64,000 nucleotides of DNA from IMG/VR virus record IMGVR_UViG_3300022777_000060. One strand, given 5' to 3'. Below are positions 18,137-27,819 of this stretch, piece after piece; position 1 is the first letter of the stretch, and each line of letters starts with the position of its first letter. Source of the DNA: a virus. Both the position numbers and the translations under genes were made by a program. The notes beneath the pieces are model-generated. The model ran no database searches and was not told the DNA's origin. It saw nothing but the letters and a program-made list of their open reading frames with translations.

Positions 18137-21100
18137 CTAATACATTACGCTGCTGTAATCTCCCGACTCGATCTCCATGAGGTCGTCAACTGTGTCTCTC
18201 ATGACGTCGATGTGCGAGATTACCATGATGAAGTCAAAGTTGGTTTTCAGGTACTCGAAGAGCTGGTAGACGCTCGACATGTTTTCGCTGTCGAGGTTGC
18301 CAAAGCCTTCGTCAATGGCAAGGAAGTTTGGCCTTGGAAGATTGGAAATATCGATAAGCGCCGCCCGAATCGCGAGACTCGAAACAAACTTCTCCATTCC
18401 ACTTCCAAGCTCAAGTGCCCACATGTTTTCTTCGTCGTATACAATGTAAGCATTGATGTTTTTGCCGTCCACTTCAAGCACCACGCCGAAGTCCACCACT
18501 TGCGAGAGAATGGAGTTGATGTGCTGCTCGATTTGCGGAATGAACCGACTGATAAGCTCGTAGGGTACGCCGTCACGCTTGACCGCTTCAAGGTAGTACT
18601 CATACGCTTGATACTTCGTTGACAGCCCTTCGACTTTCGATAGGTTCTCTTCGGCTTGCTTTTGCTCTCGGTTGAGAACTCGAATGTCGGAGTGGACGTC
18701 TCGAAGTTCAGATTCGAGACCGGAGATTTCATCCTTGACCGCCGACAACTTATCATTCAGCTCGTCTGCTTTCTTTTCGAGCCTCTTGTTTTTCTCGATA
18801 CGGTCTTTGGCGTCGTTGTACTTCTGGATTTTGTTCTCAATGTCGTCGACACCGTCTCTTTTGTCCCGAACCTTGGACTTGAGGTTGGAGTGTTCGATCT
18901 TGACGCTCGACAGCTTTTGCTCTTGCTTTCGCTTATTGTCTCTCTTGGTCTTGTATTCGCTCCACCGCTCTTCAATCTTGGGGTTTCTTTGCTGCCTTGC
19001 TTCTTCGAGCTTCGATTTGAGGCCGTTGATTTCTTCTGTGAGATCGTCAATCTCTTCTTCAACCTCTTCGAGCTTGCGTGCGTCTTGCTTGTTTCGCTCA
19101 ACGCAGTATTCGCAGTCAGGATCGAACTCACGGTGGCTCAGGTGCTCCCGCTCTTCTTTCGCCTCTTCCAAGTCTTTGCGCTTGTATTTCAGCTTCGTCT
19201 CAATGTCGTCGATTTGAGTTTCGAGCTGCTGCTGTTTCTCGTATCGGTTTTCAAGTTGCTCGCCGTTGAACTGCTCAAGGAACGAGTCGAGGCCACCGAT
19301 TGCTTGTTCAAGCTCTCGCTTGCGGATTTCCTTCTGTTCGATCTGGTCTTCGGTGTCCTCAATCTCTTCCCGAAGCTCGACGTAGCGGCTTTTCAGATGG
19401 TCAATGTCAAGGTCAATATCCTCAATGTCGGACATCTTTTTGTTGAGGTCCATGATCTCCGACATGAGATCGGCCTTGCGGTCTTCCAAGTCAGATTTCT
19501 TGGACTCGATATTGTCACGGCGGCTTTTCTTCTCTTGCCGCTTCTCTTTACAGTGCTCGATTTTGTCTTGAAGGTCGGACTTGGAGTGCTCGTCCAAAAG
19601 GCTCTCAATGTGCTTTGACTTGTCTTTGGCTTCACTATAAAGCTCGTCGAACACGTTGAGTCCCATAAACCGTGCGAGCACATCTTTCCGCTCCGACTGG
19701 CTTTTCTCAATGAACAGGGTATTGTTGTTCTGAACCGAAAGCGCAGTCAGAATGAAGTCATCGAACTCTCCGACGTACTCACGGATGTTCGCGTTCGTAT
19801 CGTACCGCTGCTCGCCGTTCAGGTTCTCGCGGGTGCCGTCTTCGTGGACTCGATAGAAGTTCACGTCCACTGGAATGCGTTCCCGCTCTTTTTCGCCTTT
19901 GCGGTGAATGACGTATGTGGTGCCCTCAATCTCGAATGTAAGTTTACACTCGAACCAATCGGAGTTGTGATTGAGAATCTGGTCGGTCTTATATGCGCGT
20001 GTGCTCTTATCGAACAGGCAAAAGCACAGGGCATCCAGAATCGAGGACTTCCCCGTCGCGTTTTCAGAGAAGAGCCCAACGAGCCCGCCCATTTTCTCGA
20101 AGTTGATGACGTTGTTCTCCCCATACGAAAACATGTTGGAGAACTCGAACTTCTTCGGCCGCCACTTGATGTTGTTTACCAAGTCGTCGTCATCGAGCTG
20201 TTTGTTCAGCTCTTCGTTGATTTCACGGATCTCGGTGATTACTTCATCGGTCGCGGGGAAGTTTCGCTTGACGTAATCGGTAATCAAGTCGTTCTGGTAA
20301 GAAGTGGAAGTGAGATCCCCGATTGCCGAAGCCTCTTTTCCGCTGTCAAACGTGCCGTCGTCGTCCTCCACGCGCATTACCGAAAGCTGCTGGATGTTGT
20401 ACAAGTCCCGGACGTCGTCTGTAATGCGCCGAACCTCTGCGCCCGACGTGTTTTTAACTTTCAGCCGAAGTCTCGGCTTTTCGGGAATGTCTGGACGAAC
20501 AGGCAAGCTCGCCCCTTCGACTTGAAGCGTGTAGAAGCCGTATTCGTTTTCAAGCTCTACGTATTCAGGCTCTTCAACGTCGCCTTCCAAGTCCCAAACG
20601 AGAAAGCCGTGGCCAACATCCTCTCCGTGGTTTTGCTGAATGAGGCTTCCTGTGAACCACGCTTCAGGCCAGCGTCGCTTGAGAAGAGCCACGCCGTTTT
20701 CGTAGGTGTCAAGGTTCCAGCCGCCACCGACATACTCTTCGGCTTCGTCGCGACTGATTCGCGTTTTCTCCATGCGTGCTTCACTGATCCGCTGCCTTCG
20801 GTGAATATCCCCGAGAAGAGCCGCTTCAAAGCCCACGAACATGTGCTCGTCGACTTCATCGGATTTGAGCTGGTAGCCGTAGTCCGTCACGGCACGGTCA
20901 ACGACATCGTGGAAGATGGCAACCTTCCTGTATTCATCCGGAATCTCTTTTGCCCGAACATATTCGTCGGCGTCGTCCATGAAGTTCATGTGAGAGAACA
21001 CAACGTCTCCGACACGGTACAGTCCGGTCTCGAAAACGTAGTGGACGTTCGGGCGATCCATCGCTTGAATAATCGGCGTCAGAGCATCGAGCCGATCCGG

Positions 21101-21406
21101 ATTGTTTTCCAGACAGTCGTGGTTCCCCGGCGTGAGAATCGTTGGACAGATTTCGCCGAGAGTAGACAAAAACTCCGTGACCATATCCACAAGCTCAGGG
21201 CTCATGTCGGCCTTGGAATGAACCACGTCTCCCGCAATGACAATGAGGGAGTTTTCGGTTCGGCGCTCTTTGATTTCGCGATAGAGCTGAGAGAAAATTT
21301 GCCGGTACTCGTCGTGACGCTTGTAGTTGCGAATGTGAACGTCAGCGACGTGGAAAATCTTGTCGACGCTTTCGACGCCGATAGGTAGCTCTGTAATTTG
21401 GGCCAT
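18137..21406 (-). CDS. Fused SbcD/Mre11 nuclease - SbcC/Rad50 ATPase (T4 gp47+gp46-like)
   Basis: ADVHI, GDVVH, PGNHD, GDIH, GSLIQQN; Walker A ENATGKSS, CEYC hook, signature GSGME, Walker B IDEGFGNLD. Confidence 0.92.
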   Translation of the reverse strand: MAQITELPIGVESVDKIFHVADVHIRNYKRHDEYRQIFSQLYREIKERRTENSLIVIAGDVVHSKADMSPELVDMVTEFLSTLGEICPTILTPGNHDCLENNPDRLDALTPIIQAMDRPNVHYVFETGLYRVGDVVFSHMNFMDDADEYVRAKEIPDEYRKVAIFHDVVDRAVTDYGYQLKSDEVDEHMFVGFEAALLGDIHRRQRISEARMEKTRISRDEAEEYVGGGWNLDTYENGVALLKRRWPEAWFTGSLIQQNHGEDVGHGFLVWDLEGDVEEPEYVELENEYGFYTLQVEGASLPVRPDIPEKPRLRLKVKNTSGAEVRRITDDVRDLYNIQQLSVMRVEDDDGTFDSGKEASAIGDLTSTSYQNDLITDYVKRNFPATDEVITEIREINEELNKQLDDDDLVNNIKWRPKKFEFSNMFSYGENNVINFEKMGGLVGLFSENATGKSSILDALCFCLFDKSTRAYKTDQILNHNSDWFECKLTFEIEGTTYVIHRKGEKERERIPVDVNFYRVHEDGTRENLNGEQRYDTNANIREYVGEFDDFILTALSVQNNNTLFIEKSQSERKDVLARFMGLNVFDELYSEAKDKSKHIESLLDEHSKSDLQDKIEHCKEKRQEKKSRRDNIESKKSDLEDRKADLMSEIMDLNKKMSDIEDIDLDIDHLKSRYVELREEIEDTEDQIEQKEIRKRELEQAIGGLDSFLEQFNGEQLENRYEKQQQLETQIDDIETKLKYKRKDLEEAKEEREHLSHREFDPDCEYCVERNKQDARKLEEVEEEIDDLTEEINGLKSKLEEARQQRNPKIEERWSEYKTKRDNKRKQEQKLSSVKIEHSNLKSKVRDKRDGVDDIENKIQKYNDAKDRIEKNKRLEKKADELNDKLSAVKDEISGLESELRDVHSDIRVLNREQKQAEENLSKVEGLSTKYQAYEYYLEAVKRDGVPYELISRFIPQIEQHINSILSQVVDFGVVLEVDGKNINAYIVYDEENMWALELGSGMEKFVSSLAIRAALIDISNLPRPNFLAIDEGFGNLDSENMSSVYQLFEYLKTNFDFIMVISHIDVMRDTVDDLMEIESGDYSSVMY

Positions 21407-21478
21407 ATTGGATGTAACTGTTTTCGTTCATCCATAAATAGGCCCAACCCTACCCTTTGGCCGTGAAGTAAGCGTAAA

Positions 21479-22444
21479 TCACGTCCACAGCTTGTGTGAA
21501 ATGAGGTCGCCGTGGCCAAGCGGTTCTGCCTGCTTGATTCGCTCGGTCATCCCTTCAAACCCGAGGTCGCCGGGGTCTTTCCCTTCAGGAAGCTCAATCA
21601 GCTTCACGGTGAAGTCTTCCCCCAAGAACCGTTCTGCGATTTCCAGAGCAACCGACTTCATATCCGCGTCTAGAGCGACGCGAATCTCTTCTGTATCGGC
21701 TTCTATGAGCCGACACGCAAGGCTCTCAGGCAAGTTGTTTCCAAGCAAGGGGACTGCGTTTCGGCGGCACGCGATAGCGTCAAACGGCCCCTCCACGAGC
21801 GTCACCGGCTCTCGCCAGTTGACCATTGACCCGAACGGCACGATCGAATCTCTTGGCGCCGATGGGTTTTTGTATTTCAGAAACTGGCTTGACCATATGG
21901 CCCGGCCGACGAAATAGTTGAGGCCGCCGCTTCGATCGTAACTCGGGATGATGATTCGCTTTTCGTAGTCACCGGATCGGCAGTACCCGATTTCGTGCTT
22001 CACGACGTCGCCGTAGCTCAAGCCTCTGTCTTTGAGCCGATTGACTGCGTGGCGGTACACGACGTCGGACTGGTCTTTCCAGAGCGGTTTGTACTCTTCC
22101 GGAAGCGACACGGAAGGCGTCTGGTCTTCGCCCTCGTCCTCTTTCGTGTAATCCTTTTTGCCGCCACTTGGGCTATCGACATACTTTTCGAGCCGCTTGA
22201 AAAGCCGCTTCGGAGCATTCGTTTTCTTGAGCAGCGTAAACAGCGACTTGCCGCTCTCGCCGCAAACCCAACACTGCCACCATCCATGTTTGTCACTATC
22301 AGCGTCAAAGTTGATCCAGAGTTTCTTTTTACTTTCCGGATGATTACAAAACGGACAACTAAGCCCGTAATCACCTTGATGACCTTGCCGTTTTGCTTCA
22401 CTATCAACGGCTTTTTCTATTATGCTTATAACTTCTTCGTTCAT
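21479..22444 (-). CDS. DNA primase (Zn finger + TOPRIM)
   Basis: CPFCNH...WQCWVCG, RIIIPSY, KYKN, LVEGPFDA, VALDAD, KDPGD. Confidence 0.88.
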   Translation of the reverse strand: MNEEVISIIEKAVDSEAKRQGHQGDYGLSCPFCNHPESKKKLWINFDADSDKHGWWQCWVCGESGKSLFTLLKKTNAPKRLFKRLEKYVDSPSGGKKDYTKEDEGEDQTPSVSLPEEYKPLWKDQSDVVYRHAVNRLKDRGLSYGDVVKHEIGYCRSGDYEKRIIIPSYDRSGGLNYFVGRAIWSSQFLKYKNPSAPRDSIVPFGSMVNWREPVTLVEGPFDAIACRRNAVPLLGNNLPESLACRLIEADTEEIRVALDADMKSVALEIAERFLGEDFTVKLIELPEGKDPGDLGFEGMTERIKQAEPLGHGDLISHKLWT

Positions 22445-24030
22445 TATTGATTAGCGTATACGGATTTTTCGGAAGTTTTTGGCTCTGTATTTATGTTGGT
22501 AGTTCCATTTTTTCTTCGCCGGACCGTTACAATCTTCCAACTGTTCGGGTCATTCATGTCTTCGTAACAAATGTAATACCTGTGGTCTGATCCTCTTTTT
22601 TGAGACCCTGATCCGATTCCATGAAGATAGTTCTTTTCAACATACTTCAATGAAAGCACACCATTTTTTTTGAGTCCGTTATCCTCAACAAACTCTCCGT
22701 TTTGAATTTTCGACTTCCAATCGTTGGACTTTGGTTTTCGGGCGTTTTTCCAAAACCCGTGCTTTTGCATGTAGTTTTTGAAGTCAGACCAATTCGCCCA
22801 TGTGTTTTTTTCAACCGGAGGGTTGATTACCACTTGAGTACCTGTTCGTCCCGAAAGGTCTCTGGTAACATCACTTGGGTTTCTTTTGTTAGCGGCGACT
22901 TCGACTGCCTGCTTGTCTCCGTATACTTTATACGGACTAGACTTCCAATTGTTCAACCGAAGAATCGATTGAATTGAAGTCGAAATTGGAGTAGAGTTTC
23001 CCGGACTGTCGTAAATTCCGAAAAAAGTTTCTTTCCTGTTGATGTCCGTGGATCTCTTAATCGTGGAGTGAACTACGTACAGAATTTTCCCGTCGATCCA
23101 CTCGTTTTCCTCATTGAATTCATCTCCACTTTCCCAATCCACGTCATCCAGTTCAGCAGGAAATTTTACTGTTTCGACACCGAATTGTTTTGCCCAATGT
23201 TCGAAGTAATGACGATTATTGAGTATGAGATTTCGGGTGTTTGTTTTCTCACCACAACCATCATTTACCTTGCGGTTCGCACGAAGAACTGCTCGCTTAG
23301 AGTCGCTTCCTCCAAACTCTCTCATGAAGTTTTGAAATCCGTTTGAAAACTCAAGCGGATTTTTGGATGAGCTTCTGTCCAACCAACAACATTCACGATT
23401 AACGTTTACGCAGTTTCCATCGTCAAGAAGGTTTTTGGCGCCGTAAAAGTCGGTGCCTTTCAAGTAAGGCATTACGTCGACGTGACGTACATTATTAAGT
23501 CCAGCAAAGTCGATTTCGAACGGCGTTGCAGACGTGTAGATTATTTGGATATTCCGATGTCCGTGACAAAGGTTAATAACACTTTCTAACTTTTGACCGA
23601 CACCAGATCCGAAATCTAGCTCATCGACGTGAACAATTACCTTCTTGTTTTTTTCCATAGCTACGTTTAGAGCATTTTTTATTGCGGCTCTCGCCTTTTC
23701 AAGACTGTTGTCTTTTCTGGTAATTTTGAATGCTCCACGAGCACCGGCGGTTATGAACTCATTCATTTGCGGATTGATTGACCGCCGATTCAAAGAAGTA
23801 ATGTAAATGTGAGGATGCTGATTATACTTCTTTATTGTCCGAAGGGTCAAAATCCTCTTGCCAGAGTTTGGTTCTCCGGTGACACGGATCGACGTGTCTT
23901 TCGAAGATTCAAGCAGAGGGTCTGCTTCTTTTCTGAAACAGTTGTCTTGCTCAGGGTAAGAATTCGTCAGTTCACGAAGGGTTGCTTTTGCTTGATTGTC
24001 AAGCTTGTATACTTCTTCTGGAGGTAGCAT
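22444..24030 (-). CDS. Divergent SF2 helicase-like ATPase
   Basis: YPEQ, GEPNSGKR, VHVDELDFGS, YTSATP, TSIQSILR; low GC and basic composition. Confidence 0.65.
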   Translation of the reverse strand: MLPPEEVYKLDNQAKATLRELTNSYPEQDNCFRKEADPLLESSKDTSIRVTGEPNSGKRILTLRTIKKYNQHPHIYITSLNRRSINPQMNEFITAGARGAFKITRKDNSLEKARAAIKNALNVAMEKNKKVIVHVDELDFGSGVGQKLESVINLCHGHRNIQIIYTSATPFEIDFAGLNNVRHVDVMPYLKGTDFYGAKNLLDDGNCVNVNRECCWLDRSSSKNPLEFSNGFQNFMREFGGSDSKRAVLRANRKVNDGCGEKTNTRNLILNNRHYFEHWAKQFGVETVKFPAELDDVDWESGDEFNEENEWIDGKILYVVHSTIKRSTDINRKETFFGIYDSPGNSTPISTSIQSILRLNNWKSSPYKVYGDKQAVEVAANKRNPSDVTRDLSGRTGTQVVINPPVEKNTWANWSDFKNYMQKHGFWKNARKPKSNDWKSKIQNGEFVEDNGLKKNGVLSLKYVEKNYLHGIGSGSQKRGSDHRYYICYEDMNDPNSWKIVTVRRRKNGTTNINTEPKTSEKSVYANQ

Positions 24031-24119
24031 AATTCTAGTGATTGTACGTAAGAGAGATAATTAAAATGAAGCAAAGAATGGGGGGATCACCGCCCCCCCC
24101 CACCTTGCTTCTTTGGCTT

Positions 24120-25766
24120 CTAGCCGTTGTTCAGCATCCTTTCGTATTCACTACTGAGAAGCTGCTTGTGAGTCATCAAAACGACTTGATAGCCCTGCAC
24201 ATTTTCGTTGATGTAATCCCTCGTCTTCTTCGCTCCACGGGTACTGGAACTTCCGACAAGAATAACCCGGTTAACGTCAATGTGGCTACCGGAGTCCTCA
24301 AACATTTGAGCGTACATCAGCGCCGTGTCCACGTGATCGGCTTTCACGTTTGACGACTTCACTTCAATCACCGTTCCTTCGTCGTTAATTTTGGCGAGAA
24401 TGTCGCCTTCACGACTGTTTACCACTGGACTTCGTTCAATCTCTTGAACGTTACCAAGGTGGCAGCCGTCACGAAGCCAGGCTTCCACAACGTCTTCTGC
24501 GGTTTGTCCACTTCGCTGAGTGTACACGAAGTACTCGGGGTCGATCGGATCTTCATCATCCGTTCCTTCTTCAATCCGCTCTTGGATTGCGTCGAAGAGC
24601 CGCTTGAACCGCTTATCTTCCTGAATACCTTCCTTGATGGTCTGAACTTCAATCCCGTCGTGGAAGATGATCTCACCTGTGCAAAGGTTGTATCCAGAGT
24701 TGGGCTGCTTGTCAAGCACTTCCATTTCAAAGAGCTTGTTCAACCCGACTCCTCGGCCTTCGTACACGTGGTCAAACCCCTGGTGAGTAATACCTGCACC
24801 ACCGACGCCTGCTTTCGTGTACGGGTGATAGTGCTTGTCGTACCACGGATTGCTGATAATCGATCCGCTGTTATCGGTTTGAACGGCGTCTTCGTATGCA
24901 TCTTCATCCGGAGCATATCCGATACGCACGGTTGCCTTAATGTCACCGGATTCGACTACGAACGTTTCTGAGAAGTCGCCATCAGGTCGCGGCTCCTCAT
25001 TGTCGTAGTCATACATTGGCGGCCAGGCGGCTTCAAGATCCTTGCTGAAAGCCTCTTCACCGTCAAAGTTGAGAGTCAGGTTCGAGTTTAGCTTGACATC
25101 TGACCACCGCGTTCCGTCAAGAGCGTGAGCATAAATCGCTTCGAGCTTGCCCAAAATGTGCTTCCACGCACTTTTCGCGCCTTGAAAGCTATCGTACCAA
25201 AACTTCTCGGTGAGGTTGTCGATAACGATCATCGTTCCGTGGTCAGCGCCGAACGGATGTTCCCATCCATTTGGACTCGGAAAGACCCGAATATCGAAGT
25301 TTTGCTGCCACTCGCCTCTAACCATGTATGGATACTTCTCGTACTTGGGCTGCGTGACGATGCTGTGGAAGTCACCGATGTTGTGTCCTGCGCCCTTCAA
25401 GCCAAAACCGTACTTGTTGTTTCGGCCTGAAGTCATTTCGCTCGGATTCGTCATTCCAAGAGCATCGTTAATGCCTCGCTGGTTCTCGCCGGGATTTCGA
25501 CGAATGCCAGCGGCATTGTCAATGATATGAATCGAAGAGTTCTCTGGATTATTCGGGTCAATGTTCACCACAATGTTCACTCGAACTTCTTGCATCGAAT
25601 CTTCGATGGCTGAAGAAATCGAGTTGTCCATCAGCTCCCTCGCTGCGCCTTCGGGGCCGTAAGGCATCCCTTCGTAAATGCGGCGCATGTTGCGGTCATC
25701 AATGTTGATTTGCCGTTGTTCTACTTTGAAATTTTCTGAGTTTGGAATGTTAAGGTTGCCACTCAT
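24120..25766 (-). CDS. GHKL (MORC/MutL-like) ATPase with C-terminal PD-(D/E)XK nuclease
   Basis: ARELMDNS, IIDNAAGI, NKYGFGLKGA, HGTMIVI; C-terminal EGDILAK...VIEVKS..TALMY. Confidence 0.8.
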   Translation of the reverse strand: MSGNLNIPNSENFKVEQRQINIDDRNMRRIYEGMPYGPEGAARELMDNSISSAIEDSMQEVRVNIVVNIDPNNPENSSIHIIDNAAGIRRNPGENQRGINDALGMTNPSEMTSGRNNKYGFGLKGAGHNIGDFHSIVTQPKYEKYPYMVRGEWQQNFDIRVFPSPNGWEHPFGADHGTMIVIDNLTEKFWYDSFQGAKSAWKHILGKLEAIYAHALDGTRWSDVKLNSNLTLNFDGEEAFSKDLEAAWPPMYDYDNEEPRPDGDFSETFVVESGDIKATVRIGYAPDEDAYEDAVQTDNSGSIISNPWYDKHYHPYTKAGVGGAGITHQGFDHVYEGRGVGLNKLFEMEVLDKQPNSGYNLCTGEIIFHDGIEVQTIKEGIQEDKRFKRLFDAIQERIEEGTDDEDPIDPEYFVYTQRSGQTAEDVVEAWLRDGCHLGNVQEIERSPVVNSREGDILAKINDEGTVIEVKSSNVKADHVDTALMYAQMFEDSGSHIDVNRVILVGSSSTRGAKKTRDYINENVQGYQVVLMTHKQLLSSEYERMLNNG

Positions 25767-25975
25767 AAGAATGTAAAGGTTCTGTTGTTAAGGGTAATAG
25801 TAAAGATCGAAAGAAACCGGATCGCGATTTCGCGAGAGCGTGATTTCTCTTTCGATAATGCATCCCTTTATACGGCAAGGGGGGGCCTTTGTTTCGAGAA
25901 CCCCCCCTTCAATTGCGAAGTTCATCGTTTTTGGACATTCAAAAAAATTTCACATGAACTTGGGTAAAAAAATAC

Positions 25976-26218
25976 TTACAAAGCGTTCCACTCGTACACG
26001 TGCTGGCCGTCGTCAAACCGTTCGGTGTCGGGATCGACAACAACCTCTTTCTGGTCTTCGCTGCTTCGGGCTTCGATGTACGCAGACCCGACTCGATAGT
26101 TCATTGACATTGCGCCTCGTGGTTTGTTGTCGTCAATGAAGAAGTATCGAAGTTGGCAAGAGTTGTGGGCGATGTAACTTCTTTCGTGCTTGAGAAAGAG
26201 AGGCTTCGGATTCGCCAT
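25976..26218 (-). CDS. Small paralog 1 (LFLKHERSY family)
   Basis: Likely ATG 26218; shared motif with next two ORFs. Confidence 0.6.
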   Translation of the reverse strand: MANPKPLFLKHERSYIAHNSCQLRYFFIDDNKPRGAMSMNYRVGSAYIEARSSEDQKEVVVDPDTERFDDGQHVYEWNAL

Positions 26219-26421
26219 TCGTATCTGTGTTTGTGACCGAAGGCTGTTTTTTTCGATTTGTCCCAATCGATAAGCGTCGGAGAGTGCGGCATTGACATTT
26301 CAATCACGACGCACACTTCATCCGGAACGTGCTTCGCCGGGCCGACGTTGTGCCGATCGTCAACTTTCACGGCCGGACGCTTGTTAATATAACGCCTCTC
26401 GTGCTCGAAAATCAACTTCAT
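26101..26421 (-). CDS. Small paralog 2 (LIFEHERRY family)
   Basis: ORF track; tail overlaps paralog 1. Confidence 0.55.
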   Translation of the reverse strand: MKLIFEHERRYINKRPAVKVDDRHNVGPAKHVPDEVCVVIEMSMPHSPTLIDWDKSKKTAFGHKHRYEWRIRSLSFSSTKEVTSPTTLANFDTSSLTTTNHEAQCQ

Positions 26422-26609
26422 CGGTAGTCAAAATGCCATTTGTCGAGACCTTCATCCGGCTTGACGAGCGCGTTTTTTGACCGCACTTTCGAGAAGGAAA
26501 ACGTGAGCGGAACTTCGCTTGCTCGTCGCGTTTGTACATGGAAGTCCAACCGAACCTGATCTCCCCGCCGAAACATGTAGCGGACTTCGTGCTTGAGAAA
26601 TAGGTTCAT
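26418..26609 (-). CDS. Small paralog 3 (LFLKHEVRY family)
   Basis: ATG 26609 in ATGA overlap. Confidence 0.6.
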   Translation of the reverse strand: MNLFLKHEVRYMFRRGDQVRLDFHVQTRRASEVPLTFSFSKVRSKNALVKPDEGLDKWHFDYR

Positions 26610-26800
26610 GGCCGTTCTGACGGGTCTCGAAGCTCCCAGTTCTGAGCGCCCCAAAGAAACTTGCCGTCTAAGTGCTCTCTGCGCAGCTCTGCGGGGCTGA
26701 ACCAAAGATTACGGTATGGGGAGTAAAAGTGAAGTCCTTCCCTCTCTGCCTTCCAAAAGAGCGGCTCAAGCTCCGCTGCAATGTCGTGTCGATCGGCCAT
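26606..26800 (-). CDS. Small hypothetical protein
   Basis: 64 aa; TAATG-coupled to the stranded ruvC 3' remnant. Confidence 0.7.
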   Translation of the reverse strand: MADRHDIAAELEPLFWKAEREGLHFYSPYRNLWFSPAELRREHLDGKFLWGAQNWELRDPSERP

Positions 26801-26862
26801 TATGATTTGACAAAACTTCGTGCGAGCACAATCGAGTCTGCGGCGTCGTCGCTGCTGTTCAT
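26800..26862 (-). pseudogene. Stranded duplicate of the ruvC-like gene 3' end (MNSSDDAADSIVLARSFVKS*)
   Basis: Manual translation; matches GSDDAADALVLARSYVKSDEE* of 27820..28371. Confidence 0.85.
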
Positions 26863-27671
26863 TCTGGTTTTCTTGTTTCTGTAACGTGTTGCCAGTTTAT
26901 ACCTCTGCTTATTACCGATATATTAGCTGGAGAAGTGTTGTATTTTTTGGCTATTTCTTTTTGTAGCATATCGGTGTTGTTTAGAGGCCACTTTATCTCT
27001 TTTACTTCGTCGTTTTTGAGATCAGCGTTATACTGATCTTCTCCTTTTTGACCGATTTTTTCTTTCGTTTCTTCGGAGTGTGTTCTTCCTCTTGATCTTT
27101 CGGCTTGCTTTTCTCTTTCTTTTGGGTCTTGAAACCGTTTTTTAGTAGCCTCTCCTAGTTTAGATTTCCACTCTTCTGAAAACTCTCTTGATTTTCCATA
27201 CATCGGGTTTCCTTCTCCCGACATTCTTTCACTGTGCTCTTTTTTCCATTCGTCTGATAGAAGCTGTCCTTGTTCCACCAACTTCTTCATTTTTTCACTT
27301 TGGCGCTTCTTAAACTCTTCGCTATGAGTTTCGCCGTAAAACGGATTATCTTCGCCAGTATAAGTTGGCGGTTCGCTTCCATCTTTTGTCATATTCGTTA
27401 GATTTTCAAGTCCGATTCCGTCTATGATTTCAGTTTCAATCTTCAAGGCTTTTTCTTCATCAACGTCTTTTACTATCTTTCTGGCATAAGGTTTAATCCC
27501 ATTTCTTTTCAGTTTCTTTATTTTCCTGTTTTTGTGTTCATTTTCGGGATTATCAGAGTTTAGCTTGCTTTCCCATAAGTGTGATATGTGCCTATACCCT
27601 TTTCCTTTCCCAATATAAAAACATACCTCTTTTTCTTCATCTTCGTAAAATAGTCCATAAACGTAAGCCAT
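26859..27671 (-). mobile_element. Free-standing GIY-YIG homing endonuclease with NUMOD3 repeats and HTH
   Basis: AYVYGL...FYIGKGKG, LTNMTKDG, NPFYGETHSEE, NPMYGK, LQKEIAKKYNTSPANIS. Confidence 0.9.
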
Positions 27672-27702
27672 AAGTCCCACCTCTGGTCTTGCAGTTCAAT
27701 AG

Positions 27703-27750
27703 AAAAGCCGCTTGGCGCGGCGGTGGGACAGGCGTTACCAAGCGGCTTTT
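27703..27750 (-). terminator. Terminator-like hairpin in the leader of the GIY-YIG gene
   Basis: 13-bp inverted repeat AAAAGCCGCTTGG/CCAAGCGGCTTTT. Confidence 0.65.
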
Positions 27751-27819
27751 CAATCAAGTTTTTAGCGTCCCACCGCCAAGTTTATATATCCAGTGAGACG
27801 GCGATTTACCGTTGATTTT

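Noticed and set aside
19844-21388. Long + strand ORFs (also 7609-8550, 16561-17694, 30059-31204, 33686-34690, 46630-47658, 56980-57900)
   Set aside because: These are antisense shadows of well-supported minus-strand genes. They are V/L/F/R-rich as expected from reverse-complemented GAA/GAC codons and have no motifs.
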